Shown here: positions 52,081 to 62,522 of the stretch, piece by piece
Position numbering within the stretch: the stretch's first letter is position 1
Layout: each line of letters opens with the position of its first letter
From: Candidatus Nanopelagicales bacterium
GTDB taxonomy: Bacteria > Actinomycetota > Actinomycetes > S36-B12
Direction of reading: 5' to 3'
Length of the DNA stretch: 64,000 bases
NCBI GenBank assembly: GCA_044374195.1
Contig: JBILOY010000005.1
Span: forward strand, 4,052-68,051
Notes under the pieces: generated by a model
The model's input: the letters and a program-made list of their open reading frames with translations, nothing else
The model's database searches: none
Told to the model about the DNA's origin: nothing
Position numbers and translations under genes: made by a program

Positions 52081-52118
52081 GAAGGAGCCGGGCGGTTGCC
52101 TCGGCTCCTTCGCTTTTC
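52081..52118 (+). terminator. intrinsic terminator after fbaA
   Basis: GAAGGAGCCG-11 nt-CGGCTCCTTC followed by GCTTTTCTC. Confidence 0.8.
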
Positions 52119-52164
52119 TCGGAGCCAAGTCGCCACGCGCCTGGCCGAGTGAGAGGGTTACGGC

Positions 52165-52572
52165 ATGAGCATTGGCAAGGATCTCCTCGACGGCCCCCCG
52201 CCCACCCTGCTTCCTGCCGACAATGCGGCTGTTGCTGCATTCGCCGCAGGTGCGGATGCCGAGCAGGTGGTGCGCGATAACCCGACCAGCTCGTTGGCCT
52301 GGGCTGTTCTCTCCGATCAGGCGTGGGCCGATGGCCAGGTGGTGCAGTCGTACGCGTTCGCTCGCGTGGGCTACCACCGCGGCCTTGACTCACTGCGCCG
52401 CAACGGCTGGAAGGGACACGGCCCGGTGCCGTGGTCGCATGAGCCCAACCAGGGATTCCTGCGCTGCTTGCGCTCGCTTCAGCGTGCCGCAGCGTCGATC
52501 AACGAGACCGAAGAAGCCGAGCGCATCACGGCATTCCTCAATGACTGCGATCCGCTGATTCCGCATTCATGA
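52165..52572 (+). CDS. DUF3151 domain-containing protein
   Basis: 135-aa ORF. AWAVLSDQAWADGQ...YAFARVGYHRGLDSLRRNGWKGHGPVPW. Position downstream of fba is typical in Actinobacteria. Confidence 0.7.
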   Translation: MSIGKDLLDGPPPTLLPADNAAVAAFAAGADAEQVVRDNPTSSLAWAVLSDQAWADGQVVQSYAFARVGYHRGLDSLRRNGWKGHGPVPWSHEPNQGFLRCLRSLQRAAASINETEEAERITAFLNDCDPLIPHS

Positions 52573-53570
52573 GTGGAGCACTCGTGGTCGGCGCAGGCAT
52601 CAGCGGAATCGCCTGCGCGACTGCGATGGCCGAGGCAGGTGTCATCCCGGTCGTCGTAGATCGCGGTCGTTCTGTCGGAGGCCGCATGGCTTCGCGGACC
52701 CTGCGCGATACCGGCACGTCGTTCGACGGTCGCGTCGTCGACATTGGTGCCTCCTACTTCACTGTCTCGAATCCCGAGTTCCGCGTTGTCGTTGATGACT
52801 GGGTCACCCGCGGTCTCGCGCGCCCGTGGACAGATTCCTTTCACGTGGCCAGCAGCGACGGTGTCGAGGCAGTGCGCACCGGTCCTGTGAGATATGCGGC
52901 TAATGGCGGTCTGCGTTCGTTGATTGCTGATTTGGCATCGAAGCTTCCGCAGGTGTGGTCAAGCATTGATGTCACGTCAGTGAACGCTGATGACACGTCA
53001 CTCATCGTCGATGGTGAACGTCGATCGGCGGTTGCGCTGTGCATGCCCAATGCTCAGGCCCACCGACTTCTTGATGCGTCGCTGATGACCGATTCACTCG
53101 AGACGGCACTAACGGGCATCACGTATGAACCCGTCATCGCTGTCACTGCTGTCTTCGATGAGCAGTGCTGGGAGGACTTCGACGGCATGTTCGTCAATGA
53201 CGATCCGGTGATCACCTGGATCGCGAACGATGGCTCGCGTCGCGGCGACGATGCTCCTGTGCTGGTGGCGCACGTGAACCCGGTTCTGTCTGCTCGCCAT
53301 CTCGAGGATCCGACCGCGGTTCTTCCGGTCGTGTTGGCGACTTTGCGTCGCGTGCTCTCCCTACCCGCTCAGCCCACCTGGGTCGATGCCCATCGGTGGA
53401 CGTTCGCGAAGCCAATGACAGCGCATCTCGAGCCCTTTTATCTCGATGAAGGCAGAGCGCTTGGCCTGGCCGGTGATGCCTGGGCTGACGGCCCCAAGGT
53501 CGAAACCGCCTGGTTATCGGGCCACCTGCTCGGGGCGGAATTGGGCCGCCGCCTTCTCGATTCGGACTGA
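52569..53570 (+). CDS. FAD/NAD(P)-binding oxidoreductase (renalase-like)
   Basis: 333-aa ORF. ATGA overlap with the upstream stop. VVGAGISGIACA dinucleotide-binding motif. Confidence 0.75.
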   Translation: MSGALVVGAGISGIACATAMAEAGVIPVVVDRGRSVGGRMASRTLRDTGTSFDGRVVDIGASYFTVSNPEFRVVVDDWVTRGLARPWTDSFHVASSDGVEAVRTGPVRYAANGGLRSLIADLASKLPQVWSSIDVTSVNADDTSLIVDGERRSAVALCMPNAQAHRLLDASLMTDSLETALTGITYEPVIAVTAVFDEQCWEDFDGMFVNDDPVITWIANDGSRRGDDAPVLVAHVNPVLSARHLEDPTAVLPVVLATLRRVLSLPAQPTWVDAHRWTFAKPMTAHLEPFYLDEGRALGLAGDAWADGPKVETAWLSGHLLGAELGRRLLDSD

Positions 53571-54884
<1,314 letters not shown>

Positions 54885-54972
54885 TCACCCCGATATGTGG
54901 TGAACATTCGCTGTTCTAGTCTTCTCAACACTGGCGCGTTAGATTTGCGCGACCACGATTAGAGGAGTCTCG

Positions 54973-56319
54973 ATGGAATACACGGCAGATCCCGCCTACG
55001 GCAAGACCGTCTACGACATGGATCGCGAATACGTCTTCCATTCCTGGAGTGCGCAGAAGGCTCTGAAGCCGATGTGCATTGCGGCAGCCGAGGGCAGCTA
55101 CTTCTGGGATTACGACGGCAACAAGTTCCTCGACTTCTCCTCGCAGCTGGTCAACGTCAATATCGGCCACCAGCACCCCAAGGTCGTCAAGGCGATTCAG
55201 GATCAAGCAGCACTGCTGTCGACCGTCGCTCCGCAGCACGCAAACGATGCTCGTAACAATGCCGCGAAGCGCATTGTCGAGCTCTCATCGCCGAATATGT
55301 CGAAGGTGTTCTTCACCAATGGCGGCGCAGATGCAGTCGAGAATGCCATCCGCATGGCGCGCATTCACACACACAAGCACAAGGTGCTCTCTGCCTATCG
55401 CTCGTACCACGGCAACACCGGTGCCGCGATCGCCGCCACCGGTGATCCCCGCCGCTGGCCGAATGAGTACGCCTCGCAGCACGTACACTTCTTCGGGCCG
55501 TATGCCTACCGTTCCTCCTTCTGGTCCGACAGCGAGATCCAGGAATCCGAGCGCGCACTGCAGCACCTCGAGCAGGTCATTCAGTTCGAAGGCCCCAACA
55601 CCATCGCGTGCATCATCCTCGAGTCGGTTGTCGGCACCGCGGGCATCTTGGTTCCGCCGCCCTGCTACCTCGAGGGCGTGCGCGCACTCTGCGATAAGTA
55701 CGGAATCATCTACATCGCTGACGAAACAATGTCGGGCTTTGCCCGCACCGGTAAGTGGTTCGCCTACCAGAACTGGGAAGTCCAGCCCGACCTCATCGTC
55801 TTCGCCAAGGGCTCGAACTCCGGCTACGTGCCGGTCGGCGGCGTCGTCATCAGCGCCGAGATCGCGGCGACCTTTGACGAGCGCGTCTTCCCGGGCGGCC
55901 TGACCTATTCCGGTCACCCGCTCGCCACGGCTTCTATCGTCGCGTCCATCGATGCGATGAAGGAAGAGGGAATCGTCGAGAACGCCGCCATGATTGGCGA
56001 GAAGGTTCTTGGCCCGGGCCTGCGCGCCCTGCAGGAGAAGCACCCGGTCATCGGCGAGGTGCGAGGTCTGGGTGTCTTCTGGGCACTCGATCTCGTCACC
56101 AACCGCGCGACCCGCGCACCTCTCGCACCGTACGGCGGAACCTCGCAGGCGATGACTGACCTCGTTGTTGAGTGCAAGGCACGAGGCCTCATGCCGTTCA
56201 CCAACTTCAACCGCATGCATGTCGTACCGCCGTGCACTGTCACGGTCGAAGAGGCCGAAGCCGGTCTCGCCATTCTCGATGACGTCTTTACCATCATCGA
56301 CAAGTACTACGAGGGCTGA
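54973..56319 (+). CDS. class III (omega) aminotransferase family protein
   Basis: 448-aa ORF. YHGNTGAA, DETMSGFARTGKWF, typical class-III layout. GAGGAG RBS upstream. Confidence 0.85.
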   Translation: MEYTADPAYGKTVYDMDREYVFHSWSAQKALKPMCIAAAEGSYFWDYDGNKFLDFSSQLVNVNIGHQHPKVVKAIQDQAALLSTVAPQHANDARNNAAKRIVELSSPNMSKVFFTNGGADAVENAIRMARIHTHKHKVLSAYRSYHGNTGAAIAATGDPRRWPNEYASQHVHFFGPYAYRSSFWSDSEIQESERALQHLEQVIQFEGPNTIACIILESVVGTAGILVPPPCYLEGVRALCDKYGIIYIADETMSGFARTGKWFAYQNWEVQPDLIVFAKGSNSGYVPVGGVVISAEIAATFDERVFPGGLTYSGHPLATASIVASIDAMKEEGIVENAAMIGEKVLGPGLRALQEKHPVIGEVRGLGVFWALDLVTNRATRAPLAPYGGTSQAMTDLVVECKARGLMPFTNFNRMHVVPPCTVTVEEAEAGLAILDDVFTIIDKYYEG

Positions 56320-56331
56320 TTCGCTCTCGCT

Positions 56332-56359
56332 CAACGGCCCCGCCTCGGCGGGGCCGTTG
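56332..56359 (+). terminator. GC-rich hairpin after the aminotransferase gene
   Basis: CAACGGCCCCG-cctcgg-CGGGGCCGTTG. No T-tract (actinobacterial I-shaped type). Confidence 0.6.
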
Positions 56360-56387
56360 TCATGTGCGGGCTCGATAGGCTGATGCT

Positions 56388-57653
56388 GTGAAGATCTTGG
56401 TCATCGGCTCCGGTGCTCGCGAGCACGCTCTCGTCACCGCACTTCTTGCGGACGAATCAGTCACGTCGGTGATCTGCGCGCCGGGCAACGCGGGTATCGC
56501 GCGCGAGATCGATGTTCTTCCTGTCGACGTCAATAATGCGAACGCGATCGGAGAATTGGCCTACGAGCTCGAGGCCGATCTCGTCGTGATCGGCCCTGAA
56601 GTTCCGCTGGTTGCCGGTGCTGCTGATGCAGTGCGTGATCGTGGCATCGCATGCTTTGGTCCTTCTGCCGAAGCTGCGCAACTCGAGGGCAGCAAGGCCT
56701 TCGCCAAGCTGGTCATGGCAGAGGCCGGTGTTCCAACCGCAATGGCGCGGGTGTGCGCAAACCTTGATGACGTTGCGTCAGCGCTCGATCAGTTCGGTGC
56801 ACCGCATGTAGTCAAGGACGATGGACTCGCAGCAGGCAAGGGCGTTGTTGTCACCAATGATCGCGACGAAGCGCTCGCGCATGCCGCTGTATGCCTCTCT
56901 CGCGGGGGAGATGCTCGCGTCGTGATCGAGGAATACCTCGACGGGCCCGAAGTCTCGCTCTTCGGCATCACTGATGGCACGACAATCATTCCGTTGCAGC
57001 CTGCTCAGGATTTCAAGCGTGCGCATGATGGTGATGCCGGCCCCAACACGGGCGGTATGGGTGCGTACTCGCCGCTGCCCTGGGCACCGGCTGGTCTCGT
57101 CGACGATGTCACCGCTCGCGTTCTTCAGCCGATGATCGACACGATGGCCAAGCGCGGCACCCCGTTCAGCGGCTTGCTCTACGCCGGTCTCGCACTGTCC
57201 TCGCGCGGAGTTCGTGTCATCGAGTTCAATGCGCGTTTCGGTGATCCCGAGACTCAGGTCGTCCTCGCCTGTCTGAAGACCCCGCTCGCTGGTGTTCTGC
57301 TGGCCTCGGCCACCGGTCGACTCGCCGAACTTCCCCCACTGCAGTGGCGTGACGGTTCAGCGGTCACCGTCGTCGTGGCAGCCAAGGGCTACCCCGAGAG
57401 CCCGGTCACCGGCGATGTCATCAGCGGTCTCGAACAGGCCGGCGAGGTGGCCGGCGTCTCGATCTTGCATGCCGGCACCAAGATCACTGACGAGGGCATC
57501 ACCTCCAATGGCGGACGGGTTCTCTCGGTCACCGCCCACGGCGGATCCCTCCATGAGGCGCGTGAGCGGGCCTATGCCGCACTCGACCTGATCAGCCTCG
57601 AGGGCTCACATCACCGCCGCGACATCGCCCTGGCAGCCAGCGCATCCCAGTGA
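56388..57653 (+). CDS. purD: phosphoribosylamine--glycine ligase
   Basis: 421-aa ORF with GTG start. MKILVIGSGAREHAL, ATP-grasp motifs. Confidence 0.95.
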   Translation: MKILVIGSGAREHALVTALLADESVTSVICAPGNAGIAREIDVLPVDVNNANAIGELAYELEADLVVIGPEVPLVAGAADAVRDRGIACFGPSAEAAQLEGSKAFAKLVMAEAGVPTAMARVCANLDDVASALDQFGAPHVVKDDGLAAGKGVVVTNDRDEALAHAAVCLSRGGDARVVIEEYLDGPEVSLFGITDGTTIIPLQPAQDFKRAHDGDAGPNTGGMGAYSPLPWAPAGLVDDVTARVLQPMIDTMAKRGTPFSGLLYAGLALSSRGVRVIEFNARFGDPETQVVLACLKTPLAGVLLASATGRLAELPPLQWRDGSAVTVVVAAKGYPESPVTGDVISGLEQAGEVAGVSILHAGTKITDEGITSNGGRVLSVTAHGGSLHEARERAYAALDLISLEGSHHRRDIALAASASQ

Positions 57654-57668
57654 TGGAAGAATGAGGTC

Positions 57669-59093
57669 GTGACCTCATCGATCCCCAATGTCCTCGCCGG
57701 CCGCTATGCCTCCGGGGCCATGACTGACCTGTGGTCGCCTGAAGCCAAGATCGTCATGGAGCGCCAGCTCTGGCTGGCCGTCATGGCCGCACAGGCTGAG
57801 CTCGGCCTGGCCATTCCAGTCGGTGCCCTTGAGGCCTATCGCGCTGTGATCAATCAGGTCGATGTTGCTTCCATCGCCGCTCGCGAACGTGTGACCAAGC
57901 ACGACGTCAAGGCCCGTATCGAGGAGTTCAACGATCTCGCCGGCTTTGAGTCCATTCACTTGGGGCTTACCTCGCGCGATCTCACCGAGAACGTCGAGCA
58001 ACTCCAGATCCGCGACTCACTGCTGCTCGTGCGCGTGAAAGTGATCGCGGCTCTCGAGCGTCTCGCGTCTTTGGCTGTCGCATACTCCGACACCGCGATC
58101 ACCGGTCGCTCGCACAACGTGCCTGCTCAGACCACAACCCTGGGCAAGCGCTTTGCTTCTGCTGCCGATGAATTGCTCGTCGCGTATGACCGACTCAACG
58201 ATCTGATTGCGCGCTACCCGTTGCGCGGCATTAAGGGCCCGGTGGGCACCGCGCAAGACATGCTCGACCTTCTCGGTTCCTCCGAGCGTCTCGCGCAGCT
58301 TGAAGAAGGCGTTGCTCGCCACCTCGGTTTCCAGAACGTGCTCAGCAGCGTTGGCCAGGTGTACCCGCGTTCACTCGACTTCGATGTTGTCGCTGCACTC
58401 GTGCAGGTTGCTGCAGCGCCGTCGAGTCTTGCTACCACGATTCGGCTGATGGCCGGCCATGATCTTGTTACCGAGGGCTTCCGTCCCGGTCAGGTGGGTT
58501 CGTCAGCCATGCCACACAAGATGAACACGCGTTCGTGTGAGCGCGTCAACGGCTTTGCGATCATCCTCAAGGGCTACCTCACCATGACCGCGGAACTGTC
58601 GGGCACGCAGTGGAATGAAGGTGACGTCTCCTGCTCGGTGGTGCGCCGTGTGGCACTACCGGATTCCTTCTTCGCCCTCGACGGACTCTTCGAGACATTC
58701 TTGACCGTGCTCGATGACTTCGGTGCCTTCCCCGCTGTCATTGATCGCGAGCTCGAGCGTTACCTGCCGTTCCTGTCGACCACGAAGGTGCTCATGGCCT
58801 CGGTGCGCAAGGGCGTTGGCCGCGAGACTGCGCATGAGGCGATCAAGGAGCATGCCGTCTCTGTTGCATTGCAGATGCGTGAGGCCGGTCTTTCCGAGAA
58901 TGACCTGCTGATGCGCTTGTCGAATGATGCGCGTCTTGAACTTTCAGTCGATGAGCTCACTGCACTCATCGCTGATCCGCTCGACTTCACCGGCGCCGCC
59001 GGCGATCAGGTGAAGGCCATCGCGCTTCGCGTCGAGGCGATCGTGAATGAGCATCCGGATGCCGCCGGATACAAGCCCGGAGACATTCTGTGA
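57669..59093 (+). CDS. purB: adenylosuccinate lyase
   Basis: 474-aa ORF with GTG start. GSSAMPHKMN signature. Confidence 0.95.
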   Translation: MTSSIPNVLAGRYASGAMTDLWSPEAKIVMERQLWLAVMAAQAELGLAIPVGALEAYRAVINQVDVASIAARERVTKHDVKARIEEFNDLAGFESIHLGLTSRDLTENVEQLQIRDSLLLVRVKVIAALERLASLAVAYSDTAITGRSHNVPAQTTTLGKRFASAADELLVAYDRLNDLIARYPLRGIKGPVGTAQDMLDLLGSSERLAQLEEGVARHLGFQNVLSSVGQVYPRSLDFDVVAALVQVAAAPSSLATTIRLMAGHDLVTEGFRPGQVGSSAMPHKMNTRSCERVNGFAIILKGYLTMTAELSGTQWNEGDVSCSVVRRVALPDSFFALDGLFETFLTVLDDFGAFPAVIDRELERYLPFLSTTKVLMASVRKGVGRETAHEAIKEHAVSVALQMREAGLSENDLLMRLSNDARLELSVDELTALIADPLDFTGAAGDQVKAIALRVEAIVNEHPDAAGYKPGDIL

Positions 59094-59989
59094 CCAATAT
59101 CCCCGTGACTGACTACGGGCTGCCCGAGGGCTACACCCACGTCTATTCGGGCAAGGTGCGCGATCTCTATCGCACGCCTGAGGATCGCTTGCTCTTCATT
59201 GCCAGCGATCGCATCTCGGCCTACGACTGGGTGCTGCCCACGACCATTCCCGACAAGGGTCGCATCCTCACCAAGTTGTCGCTGTGGTGGTTCCAGACGC
59301 TCGAGGGCGTGGTGCCCAACCACCTCGAGACCACTGCTGTTCCGAAGGTTGTTGCCGGTCGCGCGATGATCTGCGAGCCGCTCGAAATGCTGCCGGTCGA
59401 GTGCGTCGTGCGCGGTTACCTCGCTGGCTCTGGCCTTGCCGACTACAACGCGACTCGGCAGATCTGCGGCAACGGGTTGCCCCCGGGCTTGGTTGACGGT
59501 TCCCTGCTTCCGAAGCCGCTGTTCACCCCGGCGACCAAGGCGGCGATCGGCGATCACGATGAGAACGTCACCTTCGATGAGGTGGTGATCAGCATCGGCC
59601 AGGAGGAAGCTCAGGAGCTCAAGCGCCTCTCACTCGACATCTACCGTCGTGCCGATGCTCTTGCGCATCAGCGCGGATTGATTCTCGCTGACACCAAGTT
59701 CGAATTCGGCTTCGGCACCAATGGCAAGAACAAGGGCAAGATCGTGCTCGCCGACGAGGTGCTCACCCCCGACTCCTCGCGCTACTGGCCCCTCGATCAG
59801 TGGGAGCCCGGTCACGCGCAGCCGTCATTCGATAAGCAGTTCGTGCGTGACTGGCTCACGTCACCCGCTTCGGGTTGGGATAAGAACTCCGACACTCCGC
59901 CCCCGCCGCTCCCTGAAGAAATCGTCGAGAAGACTCGTGCCAAGTACATCGAGGCCTACGAGATCATGACGGGGGAGAAGTTCGAATGA
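59090..59989 (+). CDS. purC: phosphoribosylaminoimidazole-succinocarboxamide synthase
   Basis: 299-aa ORF. GTGA overlap with purB. SGKVRDLY, SDRISAYD, LADTKFEFG. Confidence 0.95.
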   Translation: MTNIPVTDYGLPEGYTHVYSGKVRDLYRTPEDRLLFIASDRISAYDWVLPTTIPDKGRILTKLSLWWFQTLEGVVPNHLETTAVPKVVAGRAMICEPLEMLPVECVVRGYLAGSGLADYNATRQICGNGLPPGLVDGSLLPKPLFTPATKAAIGDHDENVTFDEVVISIGQEEAQELKRLSLDIYRRADALAHQRGLILADTKFEFGFGTNGKNKGKIVLADEVLTPDSSRYWPLDQWEPGHAQPSFDKQFVRDWLTSPASGWDKNSDTPPPPLPEEIVEKTRAKYIEAYEIMTGEKFE

Positions 59990-60954
59990 CCACCTGGCTG
60001 CTGACCGGAGGCGCCGGTTACATCGGTGCGCACGTGATTCGTGAACTCCAGTCAAGTGGCCGCAGTGTTGTCGTTCTTGATGATCTCTCCTCGGGCGTTC
60101 GCGAGAACGTTCCTTCCGACGTTCCGTTGATCATCGCATCCGTCTCCAATCGCGATGCTGTCATCGCTGCACTGCGCGAGTACAAGGTTGATGGCGTTAT
60201 CCACTTTGCTGCCAAGAAGGCGGCCGGCGAGTCAGTTCACATGCCGCTGTACTACTACGACGAGAACGTCAACGGCACGCAGTCACTACTCGCTGCCATG
60301 AACGATGCCGGAGTTACGAATTTCGTCTACTCATCCTCGGCAGCCGTCTACGGAACACCGGAAGCGAATCCCATCTCCGAGGATTCCCCGCTGAACCCTG
60401 AGTCTCCCTACGGTGAGACCAAGGTCGTGGGGGAGTGGCTCGCGCGCGGCATGGGCATCGCTCACGGTTTCTCCTGGGTAGCGCTGCGCTACTTCAATGT
60501 CGCCGGTGCCGGCAGCGACGCCCTCGGTGATCGCAGCGTGAACAACCTCGTGCCGATGGTCTTCCGAGCGCTGAGCATCGGCGAACGTCCGAAGGTCTTC
60601 GGTGACGACTACCCGACCCCCGACGGCTCATGCATTCGTGACTACATCCACGTCGCTGATCTTGCTAGCGCGCATGTCGCAGCAGCCGCACGTTGTGAGT
60701 CCGGCGGTCGCGCGGAGTCCTTCAACGTTGGCCGTGGGCAGGGCGCATCAGTGCTCGAGGTCATGGGCATGATCAGCGAGGTCATAGGCACCGATATCAA
60801 CCCCGAGATTGTCGGCCGTCGCGCCGGTGACCCGCCTGCTTCCTTCGCGGCCACAGGGAAGATCGAGCGCGAGCTCGGCTGGAAGGCCACCCGCGATCTG
60901 CGCGACATGGTGAGTTCTGCCTGGTCGGCCTGGCAGTCGAATCACTCGCAGTAA
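59986..60954 (+). CDS. galE: UDP-glucose 4-epimerase
   Basis: 322-aa ORF. ATGA overlap with the purC stop. TGGAGYIGAH, SSSAAVYG, YGETK. Confidence 0.9.
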   Translation: MTTWLLTGGAGYIGAHVIRELQSSGRSVVVLDDLSSGVRENVPSDVPLIIASVSNRDAVIAALREYKVDGVIHFAAKKAAGESVHMPLYYYDENVNGTQSLLAAMNDAGVTNFVYSSSAAVYGTPEANPISEDSPLNPESPYGETKVVGEWLARGMGIAHGFSWVALRYFNVAGAGSDALGDRSVNNLVPMVFRALSIGERPKVFGDDYPTPDGSCIRDYIHVADLASAHVAAAARCESGGRAESFNVGRGQGASVLEVMGMISEVIGTDINPEIVGRRAGDPPASFAATGKIERELGWKATRDLRDMVSSAWSAWQSNHSQ

Positions 60955-60980
60955 TTGCTGACTTCCGTTACATTGCGGCC

Positions 60981-61475
60981 ATGCTGAAGACCCTGCGCCG
61001 CGGAGCGCTCACTGCCCTTACCGTTTCACTCGCTGCCGTCTCGGTGTCGCCCGTGGCTCACGCAGCGAAGGCGCCCCAGCCAGACCTGGTCTGGTACCTC
61101 GGCAGTCCGGATCGCAGCGTCGTTGACCTGCCGCCGACCGGGCCAAGTCTCGGCGACATCACCGTGACCAATGGCGATATCACCGAGCTGCCGGGCAAGA
61201 TCGCGATTGGTTTCTACTCGACCAACCAGACCACGGTTCGCGTGAACATCCCGGGTGGTCGCGAAATCCGCGATATCGATCTCGCGATGTCGGCGCCAGG
61301 TGGCTTCATCTACGCCACGGCGCTCATCCGCGCGAACTCGGGCACCCCGCCGACCAAGACCCAGACCTTCGCCATTGTGGGCGGCACGGGCAAGTACTCC
61401 GGTGTGTCTGGCCAGGCGATCCATAGCGGCTTCACCGCTCAGGGCTCCAAGATCGAGTTCTTCTTCGTCAACTAG
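60981..61475 (+). CDS. secreted small beta-rich protein (dirigent / allene-oxide-cyclase-barrel-like)
   Basis: 164-aa ORF with signal peptide ending VAHA. FAIVGGTGKYSGVSGQ resembles the dirigent-like GGTGxF/Y motif. Tentative call. Confidence 0.5.
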   Translation: MLKTLRRGALTALTVSLAAVSVSPVAHAAKAPQPDLVWYLGSPDRSVVDLPPTGPSLGDITVTNGDITELPGKIAIGFYSTNQTTVRVNIPGGREIRDIDLAMSAPGGFIYATALIRANSGTPPTKTQTFAIVGGTGKYSGVSGQAIHSGFTAQGSKIEFFFVN

Positions 61476-61596
61476 CCGTTGCCTGGACGACCTCTTGCGA
61501 GATTTTCACGGCTAACCGTCGTGTTCGACGTGCCACGGTCGCCGATAGACTGGAGCCCTTCCCCAGCCTTCTGCCTGCACTAGCAATGGAGAGCCC

Positions 61597-61848
61597 GTGG
61601 CCCGCGTCGTCGTCGACGTCATGCTCAAGCCAGAGATCCTCGACCCCCAGGGGCGAGCTGTTCAAGGAGCCCTAGGGCGCCTGGGCCTGTCGGGGGTCGC
61701 TGACGTCCGCCAGGGCAAGCAGTTCGTGATCCAGGTCGACGGTGACCTCACCGGTGATCGCCTGGCGCTGATGCACAAGCTGGCCGAGGAACTCCTGTCG
61801 AACCCGGTGATCGAGAACTACTCGCTCACGGTTGAGGCTGACGCGTGA
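61597..61848 (+). CDS. purS: phosphoribosylformylglycinamidine synthase subunit PurS
   Basis: 83-aa ORF with GTG start. [16 protein letters not shown]. Confidence 0.9.
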   Translation: MARVVVDVMLKPEILDPQGRAVQGALGRLGLSGVADVRQGKQFVIQVDGDLTGDRLALMHKLAEELLSNPVIENYSLTVEADA

Positions 61849-62522
61849 GCGCTCGCATCGGAGTCGTGACCTTCCCGGGCACCCTCGACGATCGCGATGC
61901 GGCCCGCGCAGTGCGCATTGCCGGTGGCGTGCCTGTTGAGCTATGGCACGGCGACGATGACATCAAGGGCGTCGACGCGGTCATCCTGCCCGGCGGATTC
62001 TCGTACGGCGATTACCTGCGCTGCGGCGCGATCTCGCGCTTCGCACCGGTGATGAACTCGATTGTTGACGGCGCCAAGGGTGGTCTGCCGGTGCTCGGTA
62101 TCTGCAATGGCTTTCAGATCCTGGTCGAGTCGCATTTGCTGCCCGGCGCGCTGATGCGCAATGAGTCACGCCACTTCATCTGCCGAGACCAGAAGCTGCG
62201 CATCGAGAATGCTGACTCGATGTGGACCCGCGATTACTTCAAGAACCAAGAGATCGTCGTGCCGCTCAAGAACGGCGAGGGCAACTACTTCGCTGATCCG
62301 GCCACCCTCGACATGCTCGAGGGCGAAGGCCGCGTCGTAGCGCGCTATCTTGACGTGAATCCCAATGGCAGTGCACGCGATATCGCGGGTATTCGCAATG
62401 AGCGCGGCAATGTTGTCGGTCTCATGCCGCACCCCGAGCACGCCGTCGAGTCGTTGACAGGCCCGACCACTGAAGGACTTCCGTTCTTCACGAGCGTCCT
62501 GACCTCACTAGTGAGTGCCTGA
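61845..62522 (+). CDS. purQ: phosphoribosylformylglycinamidine synthase glutaminase subunit PurQ
   Basis: 225-aa [25 protein letters not shown]. Confidence 0.95.
   Translation: MSARIGVVTFPGTLDDRDAARAVRIAGGVPVELWHGDDDIKGVDAVILPGGFSYGDYLRCGAISRFAPVMNSIVDGAKGGLPVLGICNGFQILVESHLLPGALMRNESRHFICRDQKLRIENADSMWTRDYFKNQEIVVPLKNGEGNYFADPATLDMLEGEGRVVARYLDVNPNGSARDIAGIRNERGNVVGLMPHPEHAVESLTGPTTEGLPFFTSVLTSLVSA

Noticed and set aside
55285-56334. 349-aa antisense ORF inside the class III aminotransferase gene. Similar shadows occur at 12496-13194 (dprE2), 14106-14708 (P450) and 43584-44591 (S1 protease).
   Set aside because: All were checked and all sit in the codon-complement register of a confidently called gene on the other strand. 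They are a shadow-ORF artefact of high GC3.
61476-61596. Looked for purine, ZTP (pfl) or other riboswitch-like leaders upstream of purS. Also checked upstream of purA (53571-53597), purD (56320-56387) and the aminotransferase (54885-54972).
   Set aside because: I found no recognisable conserved cores (no ZTP GGGUCGUGACUGGCG...CCGCCUGGGCA-like or purine-riboswitch junction sequences). Only the terminator hairpin at 56332-56359 was seen. A covariance-model scan would be needed to exclude them formally.
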